Positions 46,849-59,207 of a stretch of DNA of 64,000 nt are shown piece by piece. The DNA is from Marsupella aquatica (Eukaryota; Plantae; Marchantiophyta), in assembly GCA_973895155.1 (NCBI GenBank), contig OZ316895.1, forward strand, positions 24,371,538 to 24,435,537, read 5' to 3'. The stretch's first letter is position 1; the number at the start of each line of letters is the position of its first letter. A program made the translations under genes and the position numbers. Below the pieces are notes generated by a model. It did not search any database. It had not been told where the DNA came from and was given only the letters and a program-made list of their open reading frames with translations.

Positions 46849-49800
46849 GAACAACACCACCAAATTTTAGCTCCCTGAAGATAAAGGGGCTTGCAACCAT
46901 GATAATAGGGTAGATAGTAAAGGAGACAGGGGCACGTGCTCAAATACACATTGTAAAGAGCACTTTGTTTAGAGATCTGACTCATGTTGAGCCCCTTAGA
47001 TAGAAGAAATGCATTGTAAATTTGGAGATAGTAAATTGTATATTATTTTATAATCTATTTGGAGTTATCTCATTTTGTTACACATTATCAAGGGTACTTG
47101 GGCTTCCTTGTGCTGAAATGATTTTATAAGTATGATCTCTATCCTACTATTATTTGTGAATTAATAATAATACAATATGTATTATTCATTACTATAATAC
47201 TAATATGATTTGGCCTATAAAGTGTACATTTAGGGACCAAAAAGTGTACATTTGGGTTTCTTAAAGTGTACATTTGGGGACATGAAAGTGTACATTTCAA
47301 GACTGATTTGTGAAGAAAAGAAAATACACTTTTAATGAATAGGTTGATTTGGACGAAGGACAAAAAAATGCGGGATCCCTTATTGTAGTTGTAGATATAA
47401 CTTCCTAGCTAGACGTCCATAAGTGGAGTGCCTTAGTTAGCTTGTTGTGATCAGGCTGATCCTATGCTCATGCCTATGCCCTCAGAACCCGTTGTCAACT
47501 AGGGGTTCCAGACAGTCACACCTGGGCCGCGTCATATCTCGTACGCTAGGTGTCCATTGCGCATGAAATAAACTTCTTTAGCCTTGGACCCAAAAGGAGC
47601 TCTCACTCAAGCCCTCAAAACTCAAAGTTCATTCGGGGATCCGGACGGTCCACCCTGAGCTTGACCCTTCTCATGACCCAACCAGCTCCATGCTAGTCTA
47701 AATCCTTAGTGTGCATCACTAGCTTAGTGCATCGCCTTGGCTAGTGCAACGCCTTGTTGCCCACTAGTCTCCCAATACTTAGTCCCCACCAGATGGCCGT
47801 TCCTGAGGCCTGGACCATAGAAGAGCTCGGCGTCGGTGTCAGCGACGCTGGAGCTAAGGGTTGTTGAGTTTCGCAACTCCCTCCTTAATATAGCATGTTG
47901 AGTCTAATGCTTTCCTATTTTAACTTCTTCCTTAACTTACTTTCCATTCCGGGTTTCCTTTTGACCCATGTTTTATTAATGCACCAACCTTGTGTTTGGC
48001 CTTCAGGATCCCGACCCCAGATTAGGCACTTTTTGCTCCTTTGTAGCGATTTAAGTATAACCCTGTGTTTTTCTGTTGGTTTGGTTCCTTAAGATGACTT
48101 TACTCTTATAAGCCACTAGCCAATCTTTGAAAGTAAATAGAGATAAGGAAAAAAACTAAGACCTTGCAAAAATAGATTCCGTATCGGCAAACATCCTGGT
48201 CATGCATTCAATTCAAATATGTTCCAAATTTGACTTGCCCCAACCTCTTTCCACCAGCTTGCACCCTCACCTTCAGCTATGCCCCCAAAGTGATTGTCTA
48301 GAGGCTTCAATCTAGGCATAATTATAGTGGGCCGTGAGAGTAACTTTTGGTCACCATTATATATATACTTAGTTGGATTTGGCAACCTAGTGTACTTGCT
48401 GTTCCTTACTCTTGTTGGTTGTCCATTCAACTGGCCATTGTTTCATGATTGTCAACTTTTGACTGTGGTCAATTTTCCCCCTGGCAGAGACAGCCATGCC
48501 TCTCGAGGACTGCAGTTAACTATGCCCCATTAGAGCACTGTTTGTTGTTCAATGACCCTTAATTGTGCACTCCCCCCCCCCCCAACTGACCACTGGACTT
48601 ATCAAAGCTGCAATAACTTTTGCATGTTACCTCTCATTGTTGAATCATCTGGGGATGGCTCGCAAGTAACTACAAATACTTTCCCAGTCAATCTTTTTGT
48701 TGATAATTAGTTTGAGTACCCCTTGGTTCTGTAAGCTTGTTTTATTGAACTATTTGGAGCCATGAAGAGTTGCACATTGCAATAGATAGATAAGAGAACA
48801 AAGATTAAATGGAAGATTCTAAATAAAGTGAATTTTAAAGGTAGTTGGGAAGATTTCATTGAAAGAAAATAGCCAGGGGTACATTCATGGTAATACCAAG
48901 GGTACTTCCCCATGGAAAATGTTTTCCTTAGTACCTGGATGTCTATACAATACATGTAACATTACATATAGTTCATGCAAAATATTATTTTGTCCATAAT
49001 AGTTGAAAAATCTTAGAATCCCTTGGTATTCCTCTACTCATAATAGTTCATAATAGTTATGGTGTTTCTTAACTTTGGTTGCTACTCCTCTTACTATCCA
49101 TAATAACCAAGGCTAGGGTTTCTTAATTCCATGGTAAGTGTTAGAGAAGTTGAAAAGTTTCCTGGGTTTCTTATGTTATCTTGGTAATTGTTAGAGTAGT
49201 TAAAGAGGTTCTTTCTACTTGTCATTATTTGAAAAATATGTAGATTAAATAGAAAATTGGAACAGATTACCAAAAAACACTTATATGTCAATCAAAATTC
49301 ATCCAAAGATTATTTTCTTTCACCCCTATTTTACCCATTTCTTTATGTACTTGAAATTTTATATTTTATATTTTATTGTTTTTAAAGTTACAAGGTGTAA
49401 CAGTTTTTCTTTGTCTGCCTCAAACACGAGTAGTCAAATTTGGGTTTTCTTGCATAATTAACAGTTCTTGTTTGTGACAAATATTGTCAATGTGATTGCA
49501 CGTGCATCCTGGAATTTGGGAAGAAATTTCACATGGGGTTCCGTAAATGTAACACCAAGAGAAAAGGAAAGTTCAACTTTGGATCCACTAGTGGCTTTAC
49601 TCTACTCCAAAATTGACCCAAGATTAGGTTTGACTGGCCCCACCATTCACATAGAACATTGCTGCTTTTAGATAATTGTAGGACCAGGCCGTGAACTTGG
49701 AAAGGAGACTTTGCTTTAACACCTAGTCACTCAGTTAAAATATTCTTAAAAATCCCATAAGTTGGGCCCTCTTTGAAAAAGTCGTAAGAATGGGCTCATG

Positions 49801-50542
49801 ATAAGTCTGCCCGTCCAAATGTCGATAAACCATTATCGGCATGAAACACAGTCACCATTTTTCCTTAAGAGGACCAGACCTAGCAATATGACTTAGTTAT
49901 GCCTACTCAGAATTAGTCTACTTGCTCACAACTCTACTTGAAAGCAAGGTTATCGTAACTGTCACACCTAGTGATGCATGTAGACTTTAGAGACCATGCT
50001 AGTGAGCGTTCGTTTTCATTTTTTTGATGATACATGTGGCTGTTTTTTATTATTATGTTGACTTTATTTCAGCCTACGAGGACTGTCTTCTTTGTTAATT
50101 TTCCAATTTAAATTTATTGAAGGCCCTCAATATATTATATGTTTCTATAATTCTGTCTATGCACACCGTTCGATAGCCCATTTTTAGATTATTTATTTAG
50201 TCCCCCCCCTTCTGAGCACAGGGTTGGGAGCCCTTGACCTCTGACTCCCCAACCATGACAACTACCAATGTGCTATGGAATGTTCATGATATTATATTTA
50301 GCCCTTACTAGCCCTGGCATGCGCCTCCTTCCCACGGGCCTTTACTGTTTTGAGACTTCCAGACTGATGGGATTTGATTCTTCCCCTCCAACCATATAAA
50401 TATAACAATAAAATTTCCAATAGTTCATATCAAATGATATTTTTAATAAACCTCAATTTCAATTTCATTGATAGAATACCGCAGTTTTCATATACTTTTT
50501 GAAGAAGTTAAAATAAGAGCATTAGAACAAACATGCTATATT

Positions 50543-50885
50543 TGTTGAGCATAGACGACATTCACAACGGCAAGCCCATGAACCATCCACCGCACAATAG
50601 TCCACACAGAGAGATACGTGGTTCACCTCCACATGAGGCTACGTCCACAAGAACACACAAGAGCTTTACTGCACTCTAGACCGACCGGCCATACCAAGCA
50701 TCCACAGCACAAGCTCTCCCTATCTCTCAACTAGCTCCGTAACAATGAGCCTAAGTTCCACTAGGGTCTGGCATCAGCCCTGGCTATATGCACAACAGCA
50801 CTACCGTAACCTTAGCTAGGTCCTAACCCGAGTTAGCCTAACTGTGGTTAGCACAAGAGTCACAAGACTAGAGCAATATCTAACA
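50543..50885 (-). repeat. 3' LTR of the copia element (343 bp)
   Basis: TGTTGAGC...CTAACA, followed on + by AACTCCCCCTT (PPT AAGGGGGAGTT on -). Confidence 0.96.
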
Positions 50886-51092
50886 AACTCCCCCTTGACT
50901 CTTGTCTTGGGGATTGGACTAAATGCTACCATATGGAATCCTCAGCGGGAAGTTCTAGACAATCACCAAACCAAGTCTCCCTCTAAAAACCACAAGGGTT
51001 AACTAAGGGTTAACTAGAACTAAGCCGTAGCCTAACAGGAATGAGTAATCCATATACAAATAGTCACACATTGCTAAATAACTCTACTTGCA

Positions 51093-52006
51093 CTACAACT
51101 GCAAAACCTGCAAAGTAGCACGGTGTCTTGAGAAACTCTCCAAATGAATCACTTTGGTAAAGGCATCAGCGGGATTGAGTTTTCCATCAATCTTGACTAG
51201 CTCAAAAGTTTTATCAGACACTGTTTGCCTGATAAAATGGTACCTGATATCAATGTGCTTCACCCTGCTATCCATCACCTGGTTAGCAGCCAAGTGAAGA
51301 GCACTTTGACTATCACAGTTTAGAGTCATTTTTCCATGCTCTAAACCCATCTCCGCGATCAACTTATCCAACCAAATTGCTTCCTTTGCAGCTTTTGCTG
51401 CTGCAACATACTCTGCTTCTGTAGTAGACTGAGATATGCACTTCTGCAAGGTAGATTTCCAACTGATACATCCTCCTCCAAGAGTGTATACAAACCCAGT
51501 TGTAGATCTCCTTGTATCCAGACAGCCTCCATAGTCAGAATCTACATAGCCAACTAACGTTCTATTTGATCTATTATCAAATAGTAATCCATAGTCCTGT
51601 GTTCCTTTCACATACCTGAGAATCCATTTCACAGCTTCCCAATGTACCTTCTCTGGATTTGACATGAATCTGCTAACCTTGCCCATCGCTAGGGCCAAGT
51701 CAGGCCTAGTACAAGTCATCAAATACATCAGACTGCCTACTGCCTTCTCATAAGGAATCTTAGCCATATATCAGACCTTTCTCCACAGCATCCGTAGGAG
51801 AGAAAGCTGATGATAACTTGAAATGTGAAGCTAAAAGAATACTCACTGGCTTATAGTTCTCCATGTTGAATCGTGCAAGTACTTTCCTCACATACTGGCC
51901 TTGACTCAAGCACAACTGTCCAGTCTCAGAGTTCCTAAAAATCTCCATCCCTAAGATCCTCTTGGCCTTACCAAGATCCTTCATCCTGAATTCAGCGCTC
52001 AATTTT
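51093..52006 (-). pseudogene. copia RT C-terminus and RNase H
   Basis: FRMKDLG, PYEKAVGSLMYLMTCTRPDL, GYVDSDY, STTEAEY, CDSQSA, KHIDIRYHF, NPADAFTK; frameshift near 51765. Confidence 0.93.
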
Positions 52007-55000
52007 TGTGATGCCTAGACAGGAATCACTCGGCCGGTTAAGTGGGTAAAGCAGGAAGGCACCCTAGGAACACCTTAGTATAGGGACAAAACAAGGAAAA
52101 TATAAACAATTAGGGGCAACCATGGAACCCGGGCAGAGGCCGGAGGTAAGGCTGAGGGTGAAAACCCGATTAGGGTTAGGGTGTGTTAAGCGTCGGCGGC
52201 TAGGAAGGATCAACGGGAAGAAGGACCGGCAGAGGAGAGGGGTAAGGAGCGCTTGCAGGAGATGGTGGCTCATTTGTGAGCACGAACTAGGCAGACGACT
52301 ACGGGAGGCCAACTACTATCAGCTGCTTAGGCAAGCACTCGGGGAGAGAATAGATACCGACGATCGACCTAAGGAGGGTATGAGCAACGTCAATCAAGCG
52401 GCACATTTCTGGGGATGCCTGTTCGAACGGGCAACTGAGTACATCAAGACTTACGAGGACGAGGAGTCAGAAAGGGCAGCTCGAGAACGGCAGGAGCTCG
52501 CTCGATTGTGGGAGCTGCAGAAGACGGCTTTCTTAGGAGGCGAACTCATCAAGGACGAGTTCCTGTGGACGCCTACTTCCAATCAACTCGACGATCTTCT
52601 GTTTTGCAAAGACAGCGTCGTCGGCATCCGAGAGGCCATCAAGAACTGCAACGACATACACTGGGAATTAAAGGGTAGCACGGAAAGGTGGACCCAGGCA
52701 ACGGTGCTAGGAGAAACCTCCACGGCAGCAGAGATGAAGAGGAAGGGGGCCGTCAACGATGAAGCCACCCCGGCAAAAAGAACGAGGTCGGCGGCACCAA
52801 AGAGGCCAGCCGAGCAGCAGAGCAGGAGGCAGGGAGAAGCCGAAGAGGAGGAGGTCGATCCCATCAAGGCCATTCCAACCAGGGATAACACCTGGAAGGG
52901 CTGGGCGGCAACCCTACCGGTGGAGGTGCAACTACATTTTGCACGGGAGGAGGATGCATGCTTTACGGCCATGCAGACCAAGAAGTACCAAGGCTTCATG
53001 GCCGGATCCGGCTTAGAGGCCTTTGTAAGATTACCATGGCTGAAGCCAGAGGTACCGGAGTCAGACCTATTAGAATTCGTGGGTCATGGGAACCCGAGAC
53101 CAATTGCACGAGGATATATGGGAAGGATTTCTATCTTACTCCCAAGGGAATTGCCGAAGTGTTTGGCTTGCCGATAGGCAATAAGACCAAAGTTGATACC
53201 AGGAAGACCTTGCCTGACAAGGAGTTCCGGTCATTCCCCGGGCCATCAACGAAGAATGGCTTCTTCCGGAACACCTGCACCAACCCGCACATAGGAGAGA
53301 TGATCGACTTCTTGCGGGTGACCATGCATTGTAACTTGCCGAGGGCAGAGATCAGCAAGGCACAGGTCTATCTGGCAGAAAGGCCAGACCCAAGCCGGGA
53401 CTACAACGGGTACCTCCTCAACCAATTGAAGAAGATCTTAAAGGAGGAGCAGCAGGTAATCGGCATGGGGAGCGTGTCGCGGCTTGGCTATCACATGCCG
53501 CTGTTGTGCCGGTATGCCAGAGGTCAGACTTTTGCCCCGGTACTTCCCCTGCAGGTAAGGGCACCCGAGGAAGCTCCAACGCCGAGGCCGTTGGCTGAGA
53601 AGCCTCAACCACCTGTTAGTCCTACGATCGAGCAGGTGTTTAGGCCCAGGAAGGAAGACTTGCCGATGCAGCAACCAGGCATGCAGAGTCTGCTGAAACT
53701 ACTGGAGAAAGAAAAGAAATCGGCATCGGCAACAACAACGGCAACGGCAACAATGCAGGACACTACTACAGAGGTAGGCCTACACCGGCTCACAAGAGAA
53801 AACCCCTTTGCTGGAGACAAGGAGAGAATCAGGCCGGAATCCAAGCCAGGTGTTCGAATGTACGTGGGAACCTCAAGCTCCGAATCTGAGGCAGAATTGC
53901 CTGAAGCTCCTACCGACAAAGAGGAGAGGGAGAAGCCGGACGTCCAAGAGGTAGAGGAGGCAGTGGAGGACTGCAGCCATGATAATTCCGGCTATGGGTC
54001 GGACCATCATGTTCCAGGAGTAAGGACCTGTGGCCGGTTTGTCCCCACACTTCCAAGGGTAGTGCGAGGGGACCCCAACCAGCAGAGTAGCCCTGAGTCT
54101 CCCCCACCAGATGTTGCTCCCCCGAGCTTCGACGGCATAAAACAGACGGTGCAGGAATTTCAGGAGCGAATCAAGCAGGAGGAGGAGGCCGCCTTGGCTA
54201 AGGAAAAGGATTTACCAGGAGGAGATTGGCCGGAGGACATCAGGCGGCTAGCCGAAAAAGGAAGCAAACCTCTAGCCACGATTGAAGAGATCCGCAGGAC
54301 GGCTTGGGAGCAGAGGCCACGATGGGCGATGCCGATCACTTCTACTTACTCCACCTACGCTAAGAATAGAGCCATGGAGTATGGTGAGATGTGTGGGGAA
54401 CTTGCGCTCGGCATCTTTGGAGAGGAGTTGGAGGTAGGACCCTTTTTCCATAGGGAGCAGTTGGAGAAGCACCAATTAGAAGAAGCGGTGGCTTTAGAGA
54501 GAAGCAAGAAGGACGAGGTCATTCGGCGGCTTAGGAGGATGGAAGCCGAGATTGAAGATCTAAGGGCGGCCAAGAAAGCCCAAGATGAACTGCGGATTAA
54601 ACGACATGAGCTGAACATCATGCAGGGGCAGTTGGACACCGCGCAGGCTGATAATCAGAATATCAAGGATAAACTGACTCAGACGCAGGAAGAGTTGGCC
54701 GACACGATCAAAGAGAGGGAGAAGTGGAAGCAAGAGCTGAAGAATACAGAGGAGGCCCACATAACAGCCAACAGCCGGGCCATGGCGGAGACCCAAAGAA
54801 AGGAATGGGCGTTGAAAGGGGAGCTCGAGAAAATCCGCGGAGCCCTTGAGCAGAAGGAGGTCGAGTTAGGGAAATCCTATCAAGGGATTATGGCGCTGCA
54901 GCAGGAGCTTGCGTCCCTGACGACCAGCTTCAAGGCCGACCTAAGGGAGAAGGATGAGATGCTCGAACAGACTTACGCCAAGATGAACCAGATGGAGTCT

Positions 55001-56641
55001 ATCATCATTGCAGAGCTCGACAAGGAGCTAAGAGCAACCCAGGAGGAGAGGGCTACCTTGAAGAAGGAATTGGAGGAAGCCCACAGGGAGCAGGAGGAGG
55101 CCAAAAACGAGCTGGAGGGGGCACGTAAGGACCTGGATGAAACCCAAGAGGAGTTGGAGGAAATCACGAGGAAGATGGAGAACCTACAGCGGCGGGCCGA
55201 CAACCAAACATAGCGGCTGAAGAAACAAGCCGCAGTATTTAAATGCTTAGCTGCAGCAGGTCCATCTCCCGTTGGGACAAACCAGTTACCAGGGGTGGTA
55301 ATTGCCGAAGAACAAGCCGCGCCACCTGCACCAGTGCCGGAAGTAAGTGGGAAGGGGAAGGGACCAGCTGCCGAGCCACCAACGAAGAAGAAGCAGAAAC
55401 CTTCAGGGTCAAGGAGTAATACGACTTCACAGGCCGTGGTGATCAAGGAGGTAGACCCAACACCGACCCCAGACAGGGTCACGGCTAGGGATCCAACTAC
55501 CCTAGGGGAAGGGGAGGCCGAAGCCGAGGGAGTGGCTGAGGCCGAAGCCATGGGTATTGCCGAGGCCGGTGTCGAGGCTGAAGCCGAAGGTGGACCCAGT
55601 CAGGCCGATGGAGAGTTGACTCAGTCAAGGGCAGGTAATCTGTCAGAGAATGAACCTACGGCAGTGGCTGAGGAGGAAGCGTTGGGGGCGTCCATTAAGG
55701 ATCCACCACCGGTGTCGTGACGGTGCAAGGGCGCCGTTCCTTTTAGGGAGGGCGGACGTGGAGGGAGGAGGCGTGAGTGGGCAGGGCGGGCGCGGATCTC
55801 CACGTTTAGGATTAGGATCAGAACCAGGAGCGGCCCTGACACTTAGCTTAGTGGGATTGCGGTCCCACTGGTAGGAGCAACACTTGTGCTCCTGCCTTGC
55901 TGTACATAGGTAGATTCGGGCAAGTAGATTACTGTTAAGTAGATTAGGCTTACGATGCAAAGAATGGCGGATCCACTACCAGGATAAGTACCTGGGCAGC
56001 GGGGAGCTCAGGGCCTCTTCTTTAGCAAGTTTTTAGTTTGCACCAGCCGGGCTGGGATCAAGTAGTACGAGAAGCTCTCGGTTAGTCATACAGTGACCCT
56101 TGTGTATATTCATGTTTCCTCATGCCTAAGAGCTGAATAGAGTTGGCCTCACGGCTTAGTTCGCAGAACTTGTGTATGAGATGTACTGTTTGTATGGCAA
56201 GTGCATGGTATGACTCAGTCAGAATGAGTCATTTTGCTATTTGTGTGTCGCATTAACTTGTGTGAAGAGTGCCCACATCAACAGAAGGAAGGAAAGTAAG
56301 CAGGGGAGTGAGAGTTGGATGTGTCGAGCTGAGAGAGGTCTTAGCGGCTTAACCAAGCCTATTGGGGATCATTCCGGCGGCGGAATCCAAACATACCTAA
56401 CAAGACGGAGGGGAAGACAGGGGAAGACAGGGGAAGGCCTATATTAGGCCGGCTACGTATCTCATGACCCGATGAAGGATCTATCCAGTATATGTGTGTA
56501 AAATGTTAATAGTAGTAGTAGAAGGTTAGCAGCGTCCCATGCCGCTAAGCCGCGGAAACAGCCTCGCCAAGCACGAAACCTGCGGGAATCGGCTTGAGCT
56601 GGGGGGTTTCTTGGGTTTAGGGAGCCATGGGACGCACCACA
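52007..56641 (+). mobile_element. 4635-bp solo-LTR-like insertion (TG...CA) inside the copia RT
   Basis: Starts TGTGATGC, ends GCACCACA; TSD ATTTT at 52002-52006 and 56642-56646; removal restores RT SLKAKLSAEF; no internal direct repeat and no RT/IN seen. Confidence 0.88.
52122..55720 (+). pseudogene. ~1200-aa ORF with a plant mobile domain (PMD)-like region and a long coiled coil; one frameshift (~53080) and one in-frame TAG (55211-55213)
   Basis: Joined frames give LLEFV.SWEPETNCTRIYGKDFYLTPKGIAEVFGLPIG, similar to the PMD motif RWRPETHTF...TITLEDV..LLGLPI.G; heptad E/K/L-rich region ~54450-55210; ORF 55295-55720 is in frame with ORF 52958-55213. Confidence 0.6.
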
Positions 56642-59207
56642 ATTTTGCCTTGAGACTGTCAACCTCAAATTGATCTTTAGCCACAATTAGCATGTCATCC
56701 ACATAGATCACCAGAATGATGAAACCAAATACATCATTCTTGACTGATTTTGTATACACACAAGGATCATACACCATCATTGTAAAACCTTGAGCAAGCA
56801 TGAAATCATCAAACCGCTTGTTCCACTATCTGGGAGACTGCTTCAATCCATACAAGGATTTGAGCAATCTGCAAACTAAGTTCTCTTGGCCCTTCTTCAT
56901 AAAGCCTAGTGGTTGTCTCATGAAGATCATCTCTTCCAAGTTGCCATAGAGAAAAGCAGTAACAACATCCATCTGATCCATCACCAGATTAAAAAACACA
57001 ACAAGCTGACACAAGATCCGAATTGTGGAATACTTAGCCACCGGTGAAAAGACCTCACTGTAATCCACTCCTTTCTCCTGAGTGAACCCCTTGGCAACAA
57101 GCCTTGCCTTGTAGATCTTATCTCCACCCTCTGAAGGACTATCTTTCAACTTGTAAATCCACTTGCTGTCCACCACTTATTGACCTCTTGGAAGCTCCAC
57201 CAGCTCCCATGTCTTGTTGTCACTCAAAGATTGCAACTCCCTCTGCATTGCTGCATTCCACTCATGCTTATGCTCTGAAGCACAAGCCTCACTATACGAA
57301 GAAGGCTCTCCTTCTTCCAAGATCAAAGCCACATCATCTTCATCAGGTGCAATGTCAATATCATCTAGCTTAGATGAGTCTGCCCATTGACCATACCTGG
57401 TAGGAGCTCTAGTAGAACGACTGGAAGTTCTTCTAGTAGATGACTCAGGCTGATCTGTTGCTGCTGCTGGTTCAATTTGAGGTACCCCAGCAACAATTTG
57501 CTCCTCTTGTTCCATCACAGGAACCAGCTCCAAGCCTGGAGCTTCTCCATCTCTCCTGTCATGAACTGCATCATGACTAATCTCCCCCTCAACCCGGTCC
57601 GGGATGGGAGATTTCCCCTTGTCAGTATGGGAGTCTTGAGAACTCTCCCCTTCCTTTGATGATCTGGATTCTTAAAGGACACATCTCTACTGACAATTAG
57701 CTTACAGGTTATTGGATCCCATAACCTATAACCCTTCACACCTTTCTGATAACCAAGGAAAATGCACTTCTTCGACTTGGACTCCAGCTTGGATCGAAGC
57801 TGGGAAGGTGTAAGCACATAAGCATCACATCCAAAAATCCTCAGATGTGAGTAATCTGCTGGACGCCCGTACCTCATTTCAAATGGCGTCTTGAATCCAA
57901 TAGAACTGGATGGAGAAAAATTTACCAAATAAGCTGCAGTGTTGACAGCTTCAGCCCAAAACTCATGTGGTAAGCATGATTGACTCAACATACTCCTCGA
58001 GCGGTCCAATAGTGTTCGGTTGAGTCTCTCAGAGACACCATTCTGTTGAGGAGTATAGCTTGTTGTGAGATGGCGGGTAATCCCCTGCTCCTTACAATAC
58101 GTTCCAAATTCACCGGAACTGTATTCACTGCCGTTATCTCAGGGGGGTCACTATATGAAGGGTCATACATCACGTGCGACGGTTTGGGTCATTTATGACC
58201 CCCCTAAGTCACTTTCTAGAAAGTTGTACGGCACCAATCATGTGATGTCACGTATGCATTTTGCAATTAAACAACCCTATATTTCCATAGAAGACTTAAT
58301 AAGTCTTCCGCCAAAACCATTTAAATGGCCCTATACTTCGTCGCACATGATATGCCACTTCCATGGAAGTGACCCCCCCGAGGCCGTTATCCGATCGAAG
58401 ATATCTCACCTTATTACCAATCTGATTTTCAACTTGGGCTTTCCACTCCTTAAAAGTGGCAAAAACATCAGACTTATTGTGTAGAAAGTATATCCACACA
58501 TACCTTGAGTAATCGTCAATGAACGTGACATAGTATAACCGTCCAGAATGTGAGGGAGTAGGGGCGAGACCCCACACATCACTATGTACATACTCAAGTA
58601 CCTCCTTGCTGGTGTGAGTTCCAACTCCGAAGGGTTTTCTGTGCTGCTTCCCTAGCACACAGTGCTCACAAAATTCCAACTTACAAGATTGCAAATTAGA
58701 AAGTAATCCTTTCTTCTGAAGAATAACCAAACCTTTTTCACTCATGTGGCCCAAACGGAAGTGCCACAGCCGGGCCGTCTCCTCATGAGATAAGGTTACA
58801 TTGGCTTCATCATAGACTACACTGCCCTCCATAACGTATAGATTGCAATATCTCTTTCCCTTCAATACAACTTTAGTACCAGTTAAAACCTGAAGGACAC
58901 CATTAGCAGAACCCCACTGATGGCCATTTGCCTCTAAAACTCCAAGTGAAATGAGATTTTTCATCATGCTGGGAATATGTCTCACATTCCTCAATGTTCT
59001 CACAGCACCATCAAACATCTGAAATCTTACAGATCCAAGTCCAACAACTTGACATGGGATTTCATTTCCCATCAACACTGACCCGTTGGAAACCGTGTAA
59101 GAACTGAAACAATCTCTTCTAGAGCAAATGTGAAAGGTACATGCACTATCTAGAATCCAGTCATCACTACCTGGATTTGACACTACGTTGAGAGCATAAC
59201 CTTGACA
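56642..59207 (-). pseudogene. copia protease, GAG-pre-integrase, integrase and RT N-terminus
   Basis: WILDSACTFH, LWHFRLGHMS, CEHCVLGK, VHSDVWG, RSDNG, FWAEAVNTAAY, KARLVAKG, MDVVTAFL, LYGLKQ, YVDDML; in-frame stops at 57177 and 56826 plus frameshifts. Confidence 0.93.
58138..58382. mobile_element. 245-bp MITE in the copia integrase, ~60-bp imperfect TIR, 8-bp TSD GCCGTTAT
   Basis: CTCAGGGGGGTCACT / AGTGACCCCCCCGAG; GCCGTTAT at 58130-58137 and 58383-58390; excision restores RSDNGSEY. Confidence 0.9.

Larger units (their letters stand above)
33901..47348. mobile_element. putative large DNA transposon (En/Spm-CACTA-like or related) with cargo genes and nested insertions
   Basis: 26-bp inverted repeat ATCAGCCTATTCATTAAAAATGTATT (33901) / AATACACTTTTAATGAATAGGTTGAT (ends 47348), 24/26 match; AAGTGTACATTTGG repeats inside both ends; the same palindromic repeat family occurs in both halves; exact termini and TSD not resolved. 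Confidence 0.55.

Noticed and set aside
33874-47391. CACTA-like termini (CACCTAGAGAAG and TTGTAGTTG)
   Set aside because: Both are degenerate, unequally spaced from the inner inverted repeat and lack a 3-bp TSD, so they were not used as boundaries
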